DNA of 64,000 bases from contig CAZEZP010000051.1 of the NCBI GenBank assembly GCA_964516435.1, forward strand, positions 6,467 through 70,466, written 5' to 3'. Positions within the stretch are counted from its first letter, which is position 1. The number at the start of each line of letters is the position of its first letter. Under the pieces are notes generated by a model, which saw only the letters and a program-made list of their open reading frames with translations, ran no database searches and was not told where the DNA came from. This document shows positions 39,676 to 47,780 of the stretch, one piece after another. The DNA comes from an uncultured Kofleriaceae bacterium (GTDB taxonomy: Bacteria > Myxococcota_A > Polyangia > HGW-17). The position numbers and the translations under genes are program-made.

Positions 39676-40587
39676 TCATGAAATTTTTATGTGCTGCCCC
39701 TCCACCGCCACGTGGATGTCGATGCCAAGGCCTTCGTAGCGGGCCCGGATTTCCTGCATGAGCCCATCCATCTGGTCGTCCGTGCGCTCCGGCGCATGAT
39801 GGAAGATGACCAGCCCGCGGGCGGAGGCATCCTTGCACACGGCCATGGCGTGCGATGCGGCCGAATGTCCCCAGTGGGGATTGCGCAGATACTCCTCGTC
39901 CGTGAACATGGTGTCGTACACCACGAGATCGGCATTGCGGCACAGTTGCACCAGGGCCGAACGCATGGCCGAAAGCGTGGCCGCCACATCGGGCGCCACG
40001 GGCAGAGACAGATCCGGCGCCCGGGGTATGAATTCCCTGTCCAGGATCATGTGCTCGAAGGGCGCCGTATCCGTGACGTACACCATGGAGCGGCCCTGGG
40101 CATCGATCCGGTAGGCACTGGCGATGAGCGGGTGGTTCAGCCGGCTCGAGGACATGCGGACGCCCGAAGCGACTTCCATGGATTCCCCATCCTCGAGTTC
40201 CACGTAGGAGACCTCCGCCTTCCAGTCCTCGTGGGAAAGCGGGAAATAGGGATCCTCGATGACCTTGTGGATGACGTCGGGCAGGCGGAAGCCATCGCGG
40301 CGGCGCGAATAGAACGTGATGCGGTTGCCTGCGCGGTACAGCGGCTCGAAGAACGGAAGTCCCTGGATATGATCCCAGTGGGCATGCGAAATGAACAGGT
40401 GGATGTCCAGCCCCGAACGGGATGCGAGTTCCTGCCCGAGCCGGCGAATGCCCGTTCCGGCATCGAAGATGAGAACCGGATTCTCCCCCACTTCCACCTG
40501 CACGCAGGAAGTGTTCCCCCCGTAGCGCTGCGTCATGGGCCCCGGAACGGGGATGGAGCCCCGCACACCCCAGAAACGCACAATCAT
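39676..40587 (-). CDS. MBL-fold metallo-hydrolase (copy 2, paralogue of the adjacent gene)
   Basis: MIVRFWGVRGSIPVPG...GGNTSCV...DAGTGI...ISHAHWDHIQGLPFF. Same domain order as copy 1. Start chosen at MIVRFWG. Confidence 0.8.
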   Translation of the reverse strand: MIVRFWGVRGSIPVPGPMTQRYGGNTSCVQVEVGENPVLIFDAGTGIRRLGQELASRSGLDIHLFISHAHWDHIQGLPFFEPLYRAGNRITFYSRRRDGFRLPDVIHKVIEDPYFPLSHEDWKAEVSYVELEDGESMEVASGVRMSSSRLNHPLIASAYRIDAQGRSMVYVTDTAPFEHMILDREFIPRAPDLSLPVAPDVAATLSAMRSALVQLCRNADLVVYDTMFTDEEYLRNPHWGHSAASHAMAVCKDASARGLVIFHHAPERTDDQMDGLMQEIRARYEGLGIDIHVAVEGQHIKIS

Positions 40588-40723
40588 CGCGTCACTCCTT
40601 GCAGAACCGGAATCACCGTCACATCCCGTTTCCTTCATGAATCACCGGCTTCACGACTTCCATCCCCTGGAAAGGGGTGCAGCTACATTATCACAAGCGG
40701 GTGAGTTTGCAAAAAAGATTTTT

Positions 40724-42622
40724 TCACTGAACATTGATTCTTTTCATGTTCATGCCGCCCACATAACCGTAGGAAACATGCTTGTCGAAGCCGGAAACGA
40801 TGAGCGATACCGGCTGATCGGACCGCAGGACGTGATATCCGTCGTTCTGCGACCCGGGCTCGACGTTCTGCCCGGCCGGCCAATCCGGGTGGATGATGGG
40901 GAAGGACAACTGGCAATGATAGATGTCATAGCGGGCCCCGGGGTCCACCCGCGTAGAGCAGGACGCCGCGCGCCAGATGCAGGAGAAATCGCTCAGCGGC
41001 CGGTAATCCAACTGCACGTCGGCACCGCTGGGGGCCGCCACGGTGATGAAGTCGAAGGCGTACTTGTCCGGCGTCAGGAACACGTAGTAATCGCGCCACT
41101 GCTCCACGGGAGGCACCAGGATGAAGGAGGGGTCGCCGCCGGGCAAATCGATGGGAATGCCCGTGGTCCCCTGCCCTCGCATGAACTGGCCGATGAAAAT
41201 GGGCTTGTCGGATTCCACCACCATGTCGCAGAACGGCGTGACATCCACGATTTCGCCCTGCATCAGGTGGAAGTAATCCTGCGGCGGATCCATGGACGTG
41301 AAAATCGTGGTGTCGTCGTACAGCGCCATGATGCGGAAGAGGTCGCTCTCCTCGATGATGGCGCAATCCCCACCGGCCGCGGCCACGGCGGGCGTCCGTG
41401 GCGCCACGCGGGCGGCCACGAAGCGGGTGCCCGCCGCCGAGGCCGGAAACAGTTGATGCTCCAGGTGGTCGGCGCAGCAATAGCGCTCTCCAAAGAATCG
41501 CCACAGGGGCACGTCGGAGGCTTCCGATCCCGAAAAGACGGCCACGGGCCGGTTGGCCACGATGCGGGTCCCCGTCAGATCCGCCAGAAATTCGTCGGTT
41601 TCCAGGTTGACCACCATGAACTCGTGCATGTCCACGGAAAACGTCTCGCCGGCATTGGCGGCCGGAATCGCGATGCCATCCCCCCGGATGCGGGCCGAAG
41701 GGGTGATGGTGACGTTCGTTCCCGGTGACGTGGCCACGATGGTGACAAAGGCACGCAGATGCTGGTTGAAATCGTTGTTGGGGTCCGGCGTGTCCGCGAT
41801 CGTCTGCGGCCATCCCAGCACCCGGTACTCCGGGTCCAGTGCGCTCGTCGGGAAGAGGATACTGGCATCGTTCGAAAAGACATTGACGTTTTCCAGCGGA
41901 TTGAACTGGTAGGCGGCAATCGGCGCCGAGGACGTGATGCGGACGGCGCGCGTGGAGATGGCCGAATGCGTGCCCGCATCCCATTGCCCGGGAGGCGAGC
42001 CGTCCACTTCCCGCGAAGGCAGTTCGATGACCCGCAGCCCCTCGGGGGGGACCGTGGTCCGGGCGACTTCCCGCAGTTGCACCGGCCAGTAGGGAGGCGC
42101 ATCGTTGACCTCCACCACCACCTCCGCCGTGAGCAGCGAAGTGTTCGAAATCACCACAGCGAACTGCTGGGCCGCCGCATTGCCCGAGGACACCTTGGCA
42201 TTGTCCAGGTCCACGGCCCAGTACTCGCATCCCAGATAGGAACGGGTGGCGGCGGCTTCCGAACAGGCGTGGATGCAGCGTCCCTGGAAGCACACCCAGC
42301 CGGCATCGGTGTCGCAGAGGGCAGCCGGCTCCTTGCGCATGCCGTCGTCGGAGCACAGGGCCACATTCGCACCGTCGCACACCCACTGTCCGGGCGTGCA
42401 GACGCGGCATCCCAGATCGGGCACGCAAATCTGGCCGGCCGCGGCGCAGTCGAGATACTCATACCGGCCCGCTGGATCGGTGCAGGTCAGTCGGACGTCG
42501 TTGGCGCAATAGACCCGGCCCTCCTCGCACTTGGCGTCCCGGGAAACGGTGGTGGTGCAGCCGCAAAAGACGGCCGCCAGAAGGCAGGAAAAGAGAAAAA
42601 GGAAAACGAAACGTATGCGCAC
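40724..42622 (-). CDS. Large lipoprotein with N-terminal cysteine-rich module
   Basis: MRIRFVFLFLFSCLLAAVFCGC lipobox. About 120-aa Cys-rich N-terminal region (C..G..YC...........C.C.PG.W.C), then about 500 aa of beta-rich sequence without known motifs. Confidence 0.55.
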   Translation of the reverse strand: MRIRFVFLFLFSCLLAAVFCGCTTTVSRDAKCEEGRVYCANDVRLTCTDPAGRYEYLDCAAAGQICVPDLGCRVCTPGQWVCDGANVALCSDDGMRKEPAALCDTDAGWVCFQGRCIHACSEAAATRSYLGCEYWAVDLDNAKVSSGNAAAQQFAVVISNTSLLTAEVVVEVNDAPPYWPVQLREVARTTVPPEGLRVIELPSREVDGSPPGQWDAGTHSAISTRAVRITSSAPIAAYQFNPLENVNVFSNDASILFPTSALDPEYRVLGWPQTIADTPDPNNDFNQHLRAFVTIVATSPGTNVTITPSARIRGDGIAIPAANAGETFSVDMHEFMVVNLETDEFLADLTGTRIVANRPVAVFSGSEASDVPLWRFFGERYCCADHLEHQLFPASAAGTRFVAARVAPRTPAVAAAGGDCAIIEESDLFRIMALYDDTTIFTSMDPPQDYFHLMQGEIVDVTPFCDMVVESDKPIFIGQFMRGQGTTGIPIDLPGGDPSFILVPPVEQWRDYYVFLTPDKYAFDFITVAAPSGADVQLDYRPLSDFSCIWRAASCSTRVDPGARYDIYHCQLSFPIIHPDWPAGQNVEPGSQNDGYHVLRSDQPVSLIVSGFDKHVSYGYVGGMNMKRINVQ

Positions 42623-42628
42623 GATGCC

Positions 42629-44632
42629 TCAGAACATGAACAGGCTGCCGTCGGCGGCCGTGGCCGTCCAGTACTTTTCACCCAGGTACCGGTACGTGAA
42701 ATCATCGAAGGACAGGGCCGGTATCGACACGGACTGGACATGCCAGTACATCCAGCCCGCCGGGCGCCCACCCAGCCCCGCCGCTGCCAGATCCGGCAGG
42801 CGGAAGGCCGACAGTTGCCCGTTCACGTAGAGCCGCCACCAGGGATCCCCCTTGGGGAAGGTGTTGATTTTCACGATGTGGAAGGTAGGCACGTTGGGCG
42901 CGCTCGGGGAAAACGAAAACCGGTCGTTGGCCACCGGCGCGGAGGCCGTGGGGGACAGGGGTGTGGGGATGCCCAAAAAGGCGTCCACCACCAGCGGGTT
43001 GTCGCTGAAGCGCGAAACGAACACCTGCGAGAACGGATACTGCCCGTAGTTGTGGGCATCGGCCATCACGGCGAATTGCGCATCGGCGAGCGGCCCCGCG
43101 AGGAACATCTGCTTCTCGTAGTGGAACACGGGCGTGGCATCGGTGCTCTGCGTGGTATTGTCCAGCACGATGTAGCCGTCGGACCCGATGTTCACGAACA
43201 GGCGGCTGCGGTACAGCGCCGGCCCCCGCTCGGCGGAGAGCGCCGGCGCATTGGCGAACGAGAGATCCACCTGGTTGCCCAACTGGAACTCCACGGAAAC
43301 CTTCGCCTGGATGGTTTCCGCCGGTCCTGCCACCAGCCGGCGCGTCACGCCATAGGCTACGGGAATGAAATCCGAGCGGTCGGTCTTCTCATAGCCGGCG
43401 ATCGCCACCAGCGCGAACGCCCCCGGACGGATGCTCAACTGCATGGGAACGCCGAACCCATCGATGCAGACATCGGTGTCGTACAGGGTCGCCAGCGCCG
43501 GAGCGGCCACGTTCCAGGACGGCAGCGTCTGCATGACGCGCACGACGCGGCGATACCCCGCAGGCACGTTTTCGGGGGGCAACTGCCGGTTCCAGTTGCA
43601 GGAATAGCGGAATTCCGCATCCTTGAAGTCCACGGCGCCCACCACATACGAGTACACCGTGCGCGGCGTGGATGGAATCTGGTTGCCGGGGTCGGACGGC
43701 GGAATGATGGGCTCGAGAAACACCGTGGCGTTTCTGGCATCGAACCCCACGAACGAAACGGTGACGAACTGATCCTTGGCCACCGTGAGCACCTGGCGCC
43801 CCCGCAGGGAGGGATCCGAAAAAGTGATCTGGCCGTTGGCATCCGTGCGGCCGGAAAAGCCATCCAGCCCCAGGCCCAGCACCACCGCGGCATCCGCCAC
43901 GGGGACGCGGCCATAGGTGTTGAGCACCGTCACCGTGAGGGACCCGTCCAGCGGGCCGCCGCCCAACCCGCCATAGGCGGGGTCGGTCGTGTCGTAGTAT
44001 TCGTAGGCCTTGGCCACCCGGATGACTTCTCCGGATGACTTCTCCACGCGCAGATCCACGGTGCCCGGAGCACCGGGCGGCGTGCGGCCGGTGGCGACGC
44101 CCGCCGAAACGACGCGCACGTCGGTAAGTTCCTGATCCCCCAGGAAGAAGCGATCCGTGGCGTCGAGTTCCGCCGCCGGGCTGACGATGCGCACGAACGT
44201 GCCACCCGTCACGGATCCCGATGCCGGATCCACCGAAAACCGGTCGTAGGTATAGCCGGCAGCCAGGTAGGCTTCGCGTCCCTGCTCGTCCACGGCCTTG
44301 ATTTCGACCGTTCCCACATCGCCTGGCGGGACCCGCACCAGAAGGCGGTTCTGCTCCACCGTCACGACCTGCGTGGGATCCGCATATCGCCCGCCGAACG
44401 CCACCTTCATGTTTTCCGTGAAGCCGAACCCGCGGATGGTGACATCGTTGCCGCCCTCCACGGGGCCGTGATCGGGCTCCACCAGCGTCACGCGCAGGGG
44501 ATTGGGCGTTTCTCCGTCCGGCAGGTTGTTGACGGCTCCGTCCGGATCGAAGCCATGCGTGCGCCCCGCACCGTCGCAACCCGCCACGAGGAGAAAAAAT
44601 CCAAGGATGGCCAGTTTCCGCAGAATTCGCAT
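42629..44632 (-). CDS. Large lipoprotein with IPT/TIG-like Ig-fold repeats
   Basis: MRILRKLAILGFFLLVAGC lipobox. Repeated segments resembling IPT/TIG domains (P..G...GG..V.I.G.GF). 7 nt upstream of the Cys-rich lipoprotein gene. Confidence 0.55.
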   Translation of the reverse strand: MRILRKLAILGFFLLVAGCDGAGRTHGFDPDGAVNNLPDGETPNPLRVTLVEPDHGPVEGGNDVTIRGFGFTENMKVAFGGRYADPTQVVTVEQNRLLVRVPPGDVGTVEIKAVDEQGREAYLAAGYTYDRFSVDPASGSVTGGTFVRIVSPAAELDATDRFFLGDQELTDVRVVSAGVATGRTPPGAPGTVDLRVEKSSGEVIRVAKAYEYYDTTDPAYGGLGGGPLDGSLTVTVLNTYGRVPVADAAVVLGLGLDGFSGRTDANGQITFSDPSLRGRQVLTVAKDQFVTVSFVGFDARNATVFLEPIIPPSDPGNQIPSTPRTVYSYVVGAVDFKDAEFRYSCNWNRQLPPENVPAGYRRVVRVMQTLPSWNVAAPALATLYDTDVCIDGFGVPMQLSIRPGAFALVAIAGYEKTDRSDFIPVAYGVTRRLVAGPAETIQAKVSVEFQLGNQVDLSFANAPALSAERGPALYRSRLFVNIGSDGYIVLDNTTQSTDATPVFHYEKQMFLAGPLADAQFAVMADAHNYGQYPFSQVFVSRFSDNPLVVDAFLGIPTPLSPTASAPVANDRFSFSPSAPNVPTFHIVKINTFPKGDPWWRLYVNGQLSAFRLPDLAAAGLGGRPAGWMYWHVQSVSIPALSFDDFTYRYLGEKYWTATAADGSLFMF

Positions 44633-44687
44633 GACCCCACCGCCCGCTGCTCGAAAAAGTATAGCTGAAAAAAGACGGGAAGCCAGC

Positions 44688-47042
44688 TTACGCGCTGAAG
44701 CGGTCGTGAAGGGTCTGGGCCAGTTTCTTCATGGATTCGACCGCCTTGAGCACGAGTTCGTGGTCGCCGGCGATGCGTTCATTGGCGGCATTCAGTTGGT
44801 CGGTGAGATCCGCCACCTGCGTGTTCAGATCGTCGATGGCGGCTTCGTTCTGCATGCGCACCTGCTCGAGATTGAACACTTTTTCCTCCAGCCGCTCCTT
44901 GGCCGCGTTCAATTCCGTGATCTGTCCCTCCAGAGCTTGCTTCGTGGCGGCATGGGCATCTCGCTCGGCGTCCAGCCGGGACTCGAAATCCGCAATGGTT
45001 TCCGCCAATTGCCGGGCCGCCGCCTCGGCGTTCTGCTGCATCTGGGCCGCGTGTTCCGCCTTGATTCTGGCGATTTCCTCCTGGTGCGCCTTCTCTGCTG
45101 CCGCCTTCTGCTCATTGTGCTGCTTGACCAGCGCGGCCAGTTCCTGTCCATGGCGGGTGGATGCGGCCTGCATGGCCTGCTCATGGGCAGCATTGAGATC
45201 CGCCACTTCCGACGCGTGCGCTTCCTTGAGCCCCGCCACCGTGTCCTCGAGCGTCTGCGCGGCTTCTGCCAGCGCACGCGCATGCGCTTCCTTCAACTGC
45301 GCCACTTCCGACGCGTGCGCTTCCCGCGCTTCCTGCAACTGCGATTCGTACGACTGCTTCTGCGCTGCCAACTGCCCCCTGTAGTCGGCGTGCAACCCGG
45401 CCACCTCGCCCGCATGCGCTTCCTTCAACTGCGCCACTTCCGATGCATGCGCTTCCCGCGCTTCCTGCAACTGCGATTCGTACGACTGCTTCTGCGCCGC
45501 CAACTGCCCCCTGTAGTCGGCGTGCAACCCGGCCACCTGCGCCTCATGCGCGCTGTTCGTGGCCGACAGCAGGGTCGCGTGTTCCGTGCGCAGCCGCTCC
45601 ACTTCCGCGGCATGCGCCGACTCCATTCCGGCCACCTTCTCGGCATGCTCCCGGTTCAGGCGCTCCACGGTTTCCCGATACTCGGCCTCCACAGCCGCCT
45701 TGGCCGCCTGAACCTGGGCCAGTTCCTTCTCGAGACGGGCCGTGTCCGCCGACAGCCGGGCCACCTGGGAGCGCAAGTCGGCCACCTCGCCATCGCGCTC
45801 CGCGATCGTGGCATTGGCCTGAGCCAGTTGCTCGCCCAGTTCCACGCTGCGGCGCTCCAGTTCCAGCCCGTTGGAGTTCAGATCCGCGATCTGGCGCTCC
45901 AGTTCGCGAATCTGGTTCTTCTTCTTGAGAATCTCCTGCTCCTTGTTGTCCACTTCCTCGCGCAGGTCGATGATCTGCTTTTCCTTCTGGTTGATGGTTT
46001 CCCGCAGGCTCAGGAACTCCTTTTCCTTGGAAAAGGAACTGCCCTGAGAACTCTTGGCCTGCGCCAGTTCCCGCGTGAGGCGGTCCTTCTCGCGGCGCAG
46101 GTTTTCCAGTTCCTCCGTGAGCGCAGCCGGCGCTGCGGACTCGGCCAGCGCATCGAGTCCCAGGCTGGCCGAAAGGCTGGCAGATTCCATCGGCGCCACA
46201 GGAGTTCCGGCCTCGGCCTTGGGCGTCGAGGATGTGGCCCGGCGCGGCTTTTCGGCCGGCTTGGGCACGGGCTTCGATGCCGGCGCTTCCGGCTCCGGAA
46301 CAGGCACGGAAACGGCTTGCGGCTCCGGAGCGGGCGCGGATTCGTTCACCCAGTCCTGTTCGCCCGGCTCGAGGCGCTTGGGCGGCAGATTGGGCACTTC
46401 CATCGTGAATCCGTCCTCTTCGGCCGCCGGTTCCGCCGCAACCGGCGTCTTGGGGGCGTCCTCCTCCTCGTCCCGGATGATTTCGATTTCGGCGCTGGGC
46501 ATGAACTCCAGATCCGGCATGGGATCGGGAACGCTTTCACCGCCGCCGAACAGCGACGTGTCGATCAGGTTGTCGAGACTGGCGCTCACCTCCGAATCCA
46601 GATGCTCGTCCATTTCCTGAAGGATGTCACCGAAGCCGTCGGCATCGAGCCCGGCCCCGGCCTGCCCGCCCCCCAGCATGGCATCGAACTCCGCCTTGAA
46701 GCGGTTCATGTCGTAGGGCTTGATGAGGTAGGCGTCCGCACGCGTCTTGAGTTCCTTGTGCTTGGCGAAGGACTCCTCCGTCGCCTCGGCCGACGTGAGC
46801 ATCAGCGGAATGTTCTGCAACTCCGGCATCTTCTTCATCTTGTGGCAGACCGCGAATCCGCTCATCTTGGGTACTTCGACACACAGCACGATGGCATCCG
46901 GCAAGAGATCCCGTGCCGCTTGCAGCCCCGCCACGCCGTCTTCCTGGATGATGGTCTCATATCCCGAACGGGCCAACACTTCGGACATCTGCCGCGCCAA
47001 CTGGGCATCCTGCTCGATGATCAATACCTTTTTGCTGGACAT
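44688..47042 (-). CDS. Pseudo-receiver domain / long coiled-coil protein (FrzS/AglZ-like architecture)
   Basis: N-terminal CheY-like receiver fold (KKVLIIEQDAQLARQ...DAIVLCVEVPKMSGF...LMLTSAE...YLIKPYD). Cys sits at the phospho-acceptor Asp position, while the T/S and K positions are conserved. About 550 aa of Ala/Glu/Gln-rich coiled coil with internal 44-aa repeats. Confidence 0.8.
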   Translation of the reverse strand: MSSKKVLIIEQDAQLARQMSEVLARSGYETIIQEDGVAGLQAARDLLPDAIVLCVEVPKMSGFAVCHKMKKMPELQNIPLMLTSAEATEESFAKHKELKTRADAYLIKPYDMNRFKAEFDAMLGGGQAGAGLDADGFGDILQEMDEHLDSEVSASLDNLIDTSLFGGGESVPDPMPDLEFMPSAEIEIIRDEEEDAPKTPVAAEPAAEEDGFTMEVPNLPPKRLEPGEQDWVNESAPAPEPQAVSVPVPEPEAPASKPVPKPAEKPRRATSSTPKAEAGTPVAPMESASLSASLGLDALAESAAPAALTEELENLRREKDRLTRELAQAKSSQGSSFSKEKEFLSLRETINQKEKQIIDLREEVDNKEQEILKKKNQIRELERQIADLNSNGLELERRSVELGEQLAQANATIAERDGEVADLRSQVARLSADTARLEKELAQVQAAKAAVEAEYRETVERLNREHAEKVAGMESAHAAEVERLRTEHATLLSATNSAHEAQVAGLHADYRGQLAAQKQSYESQLQEAREAHASEVAQLKEAHAGEVAGLHADYRGQLAAQKQSYESQLQEAREAHASEVAQLKEAHARALAEAAQTLEDTVAGLKEAHASEVADLNAAHEQAMQAASTRHGQELAALVKQHNEQKAAAEKAHQEEIARIKAEHAAQMQQNAEAAARQLAETIADFESRLDAERDAHAATKQALEGQITELNAAKERLEEKVFNLEQVRMQNEAAIDDLNTQVADLTDQLNAANERIAGDHELVLKAVESMKKLAQTLHDRFSA
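45281..45544. repeat. Near-perfect 132-bp tandem duplication inside the coiled-coil gene (44-aa protein repeat)
   Basis: Copy 1 at 45281-45412 and copy 2 at 45413-45544, differing at a handful of positions. A further partial copy of the first about 26 nt lies near 45199-45226. In frame, encoding EAREAHASEVAQLKEAHAGEVAGLHADYRGQLAAQKQSYESQLQ twice. Confidence 0.9.
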
Positions 47043-47090
47043 CGAAACCTCCTCGGTTTCGTGAAGAATAGCCTTGCGGCCACGAAATTG

Positions 47091-47507
47091 TCAATGAAGT
47101 ATTCGGGTTTCCGTACGTGAAATTTCCACGCGCAGCGGCGTTCCTGGAACTTCGAGCAGGCCTTGCGACGCCGAAAGATCCCGCCCGGATGCGCGCGCGG
47201 CGGCGTGCACCTCGTAATCTCCGGGGAGCAGGCGCGGACGGAACCGCTGCCGGGATTCCCGCAGCCGGCCGCGAAACTCCCATACGTCCTCGCCCTCGCC
47301 ATTGCGGACGCTGATCCACACCTCCACATCCGCCGGATTCAAATCCCGATGGAGCGCCACGGTCAGATCCGCCCTGGACTCGCCATGCTGCCGCCAGAAC
47401 GCGCCAATCACCCACCCCAGACCGCCCACGAGCACCGCCAGCGCCAGCAGCCGGCGCCACCGCGGCACCGCATTCCTGCCATCTGCGGACATGCTGAAAA
47501 ATTTCAT
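47091..47507 (-). CDS. Hypothetical small membrane protein
   Basis: Start chosen at MKFFSMSADGRNAVPRWRRLLALAVLVGGLGWVIGAFW (one TM helix). First gene downstream of the divergent promoter region and upstream of the pseudo-receiver gene. Weak. Confidence 0.35.
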   Translation of the reverse strand: MKFFSMSADGRNAVPRWRRLLALAVLVGGLGWVIGAFWRQHGESRADLTVALHRDLNPADVEVWISVRNGEGEDVWEFRGRLRESRQRFRPRLLPGDYEVHAAARASGRDLSASQGLLEVPGTPLRVEISRTETRILH

Positions 47508-47537
47508 TCCAACTCCTTTTGCCGGCCTTCCCGGCAA

Positions 47538-47780
47538 CCGGACGTTTTGGCATCATTTCCGGGTTTCCGCAACGGTGTTTTTTCTCTTCTGCCGCTTTCC
47601 ACTTCTTCTCGTCACAGCCCCGGTATGGAATTCCAACCGTCGAAACAGAAACCAAATGTGGTAAACAAGAATCTCACATTGGCGAGCAAAGTAGTTTTTC
47701 AGCTTTACTTTTTCTTTCAGCGTGCTAGTAATTGCCCGCGTTGATTTCGGGTCGGTTTCTGATTGGGTAAGAGGTGCGAG
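47538..47780. promoter_or_regulatory. Divergent intergenic/promoter region (relatively AT-rich, 243 bp)
   Basis: Lies between the minus-strand operon (small TM protein, pseudo-receiver, lipoproteins) and the plus-strand Rho_N/DUF4912-GH57-Ldt unit. There is a good RBS (aagaggtg) 6 nt before the ATG at 47781. No promoter consensus could be confidently assigned by eye. Confidence 0.4.

Noticed and set aside
40926-42428. 500-aa alternate-frame ORF inside the Cys-rich lipoprotein gene; also 43389..44579 inside the IPT/TIG gene
   Set aside because: Same-strand frame-shifted artefacts with Arg/Gly/His-rich composition.
47538-47780. Sigma-54 promoter (TGGCAT at about 47549) upstream of the Rho_N/DUF4912 gene
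   Set aside because: The -24 GG is present but the -12 GC is not at the required spacing (TGGCATCATTTCCG does not fit TGGCAC-N5-TTGC). No EBP gene nearby.
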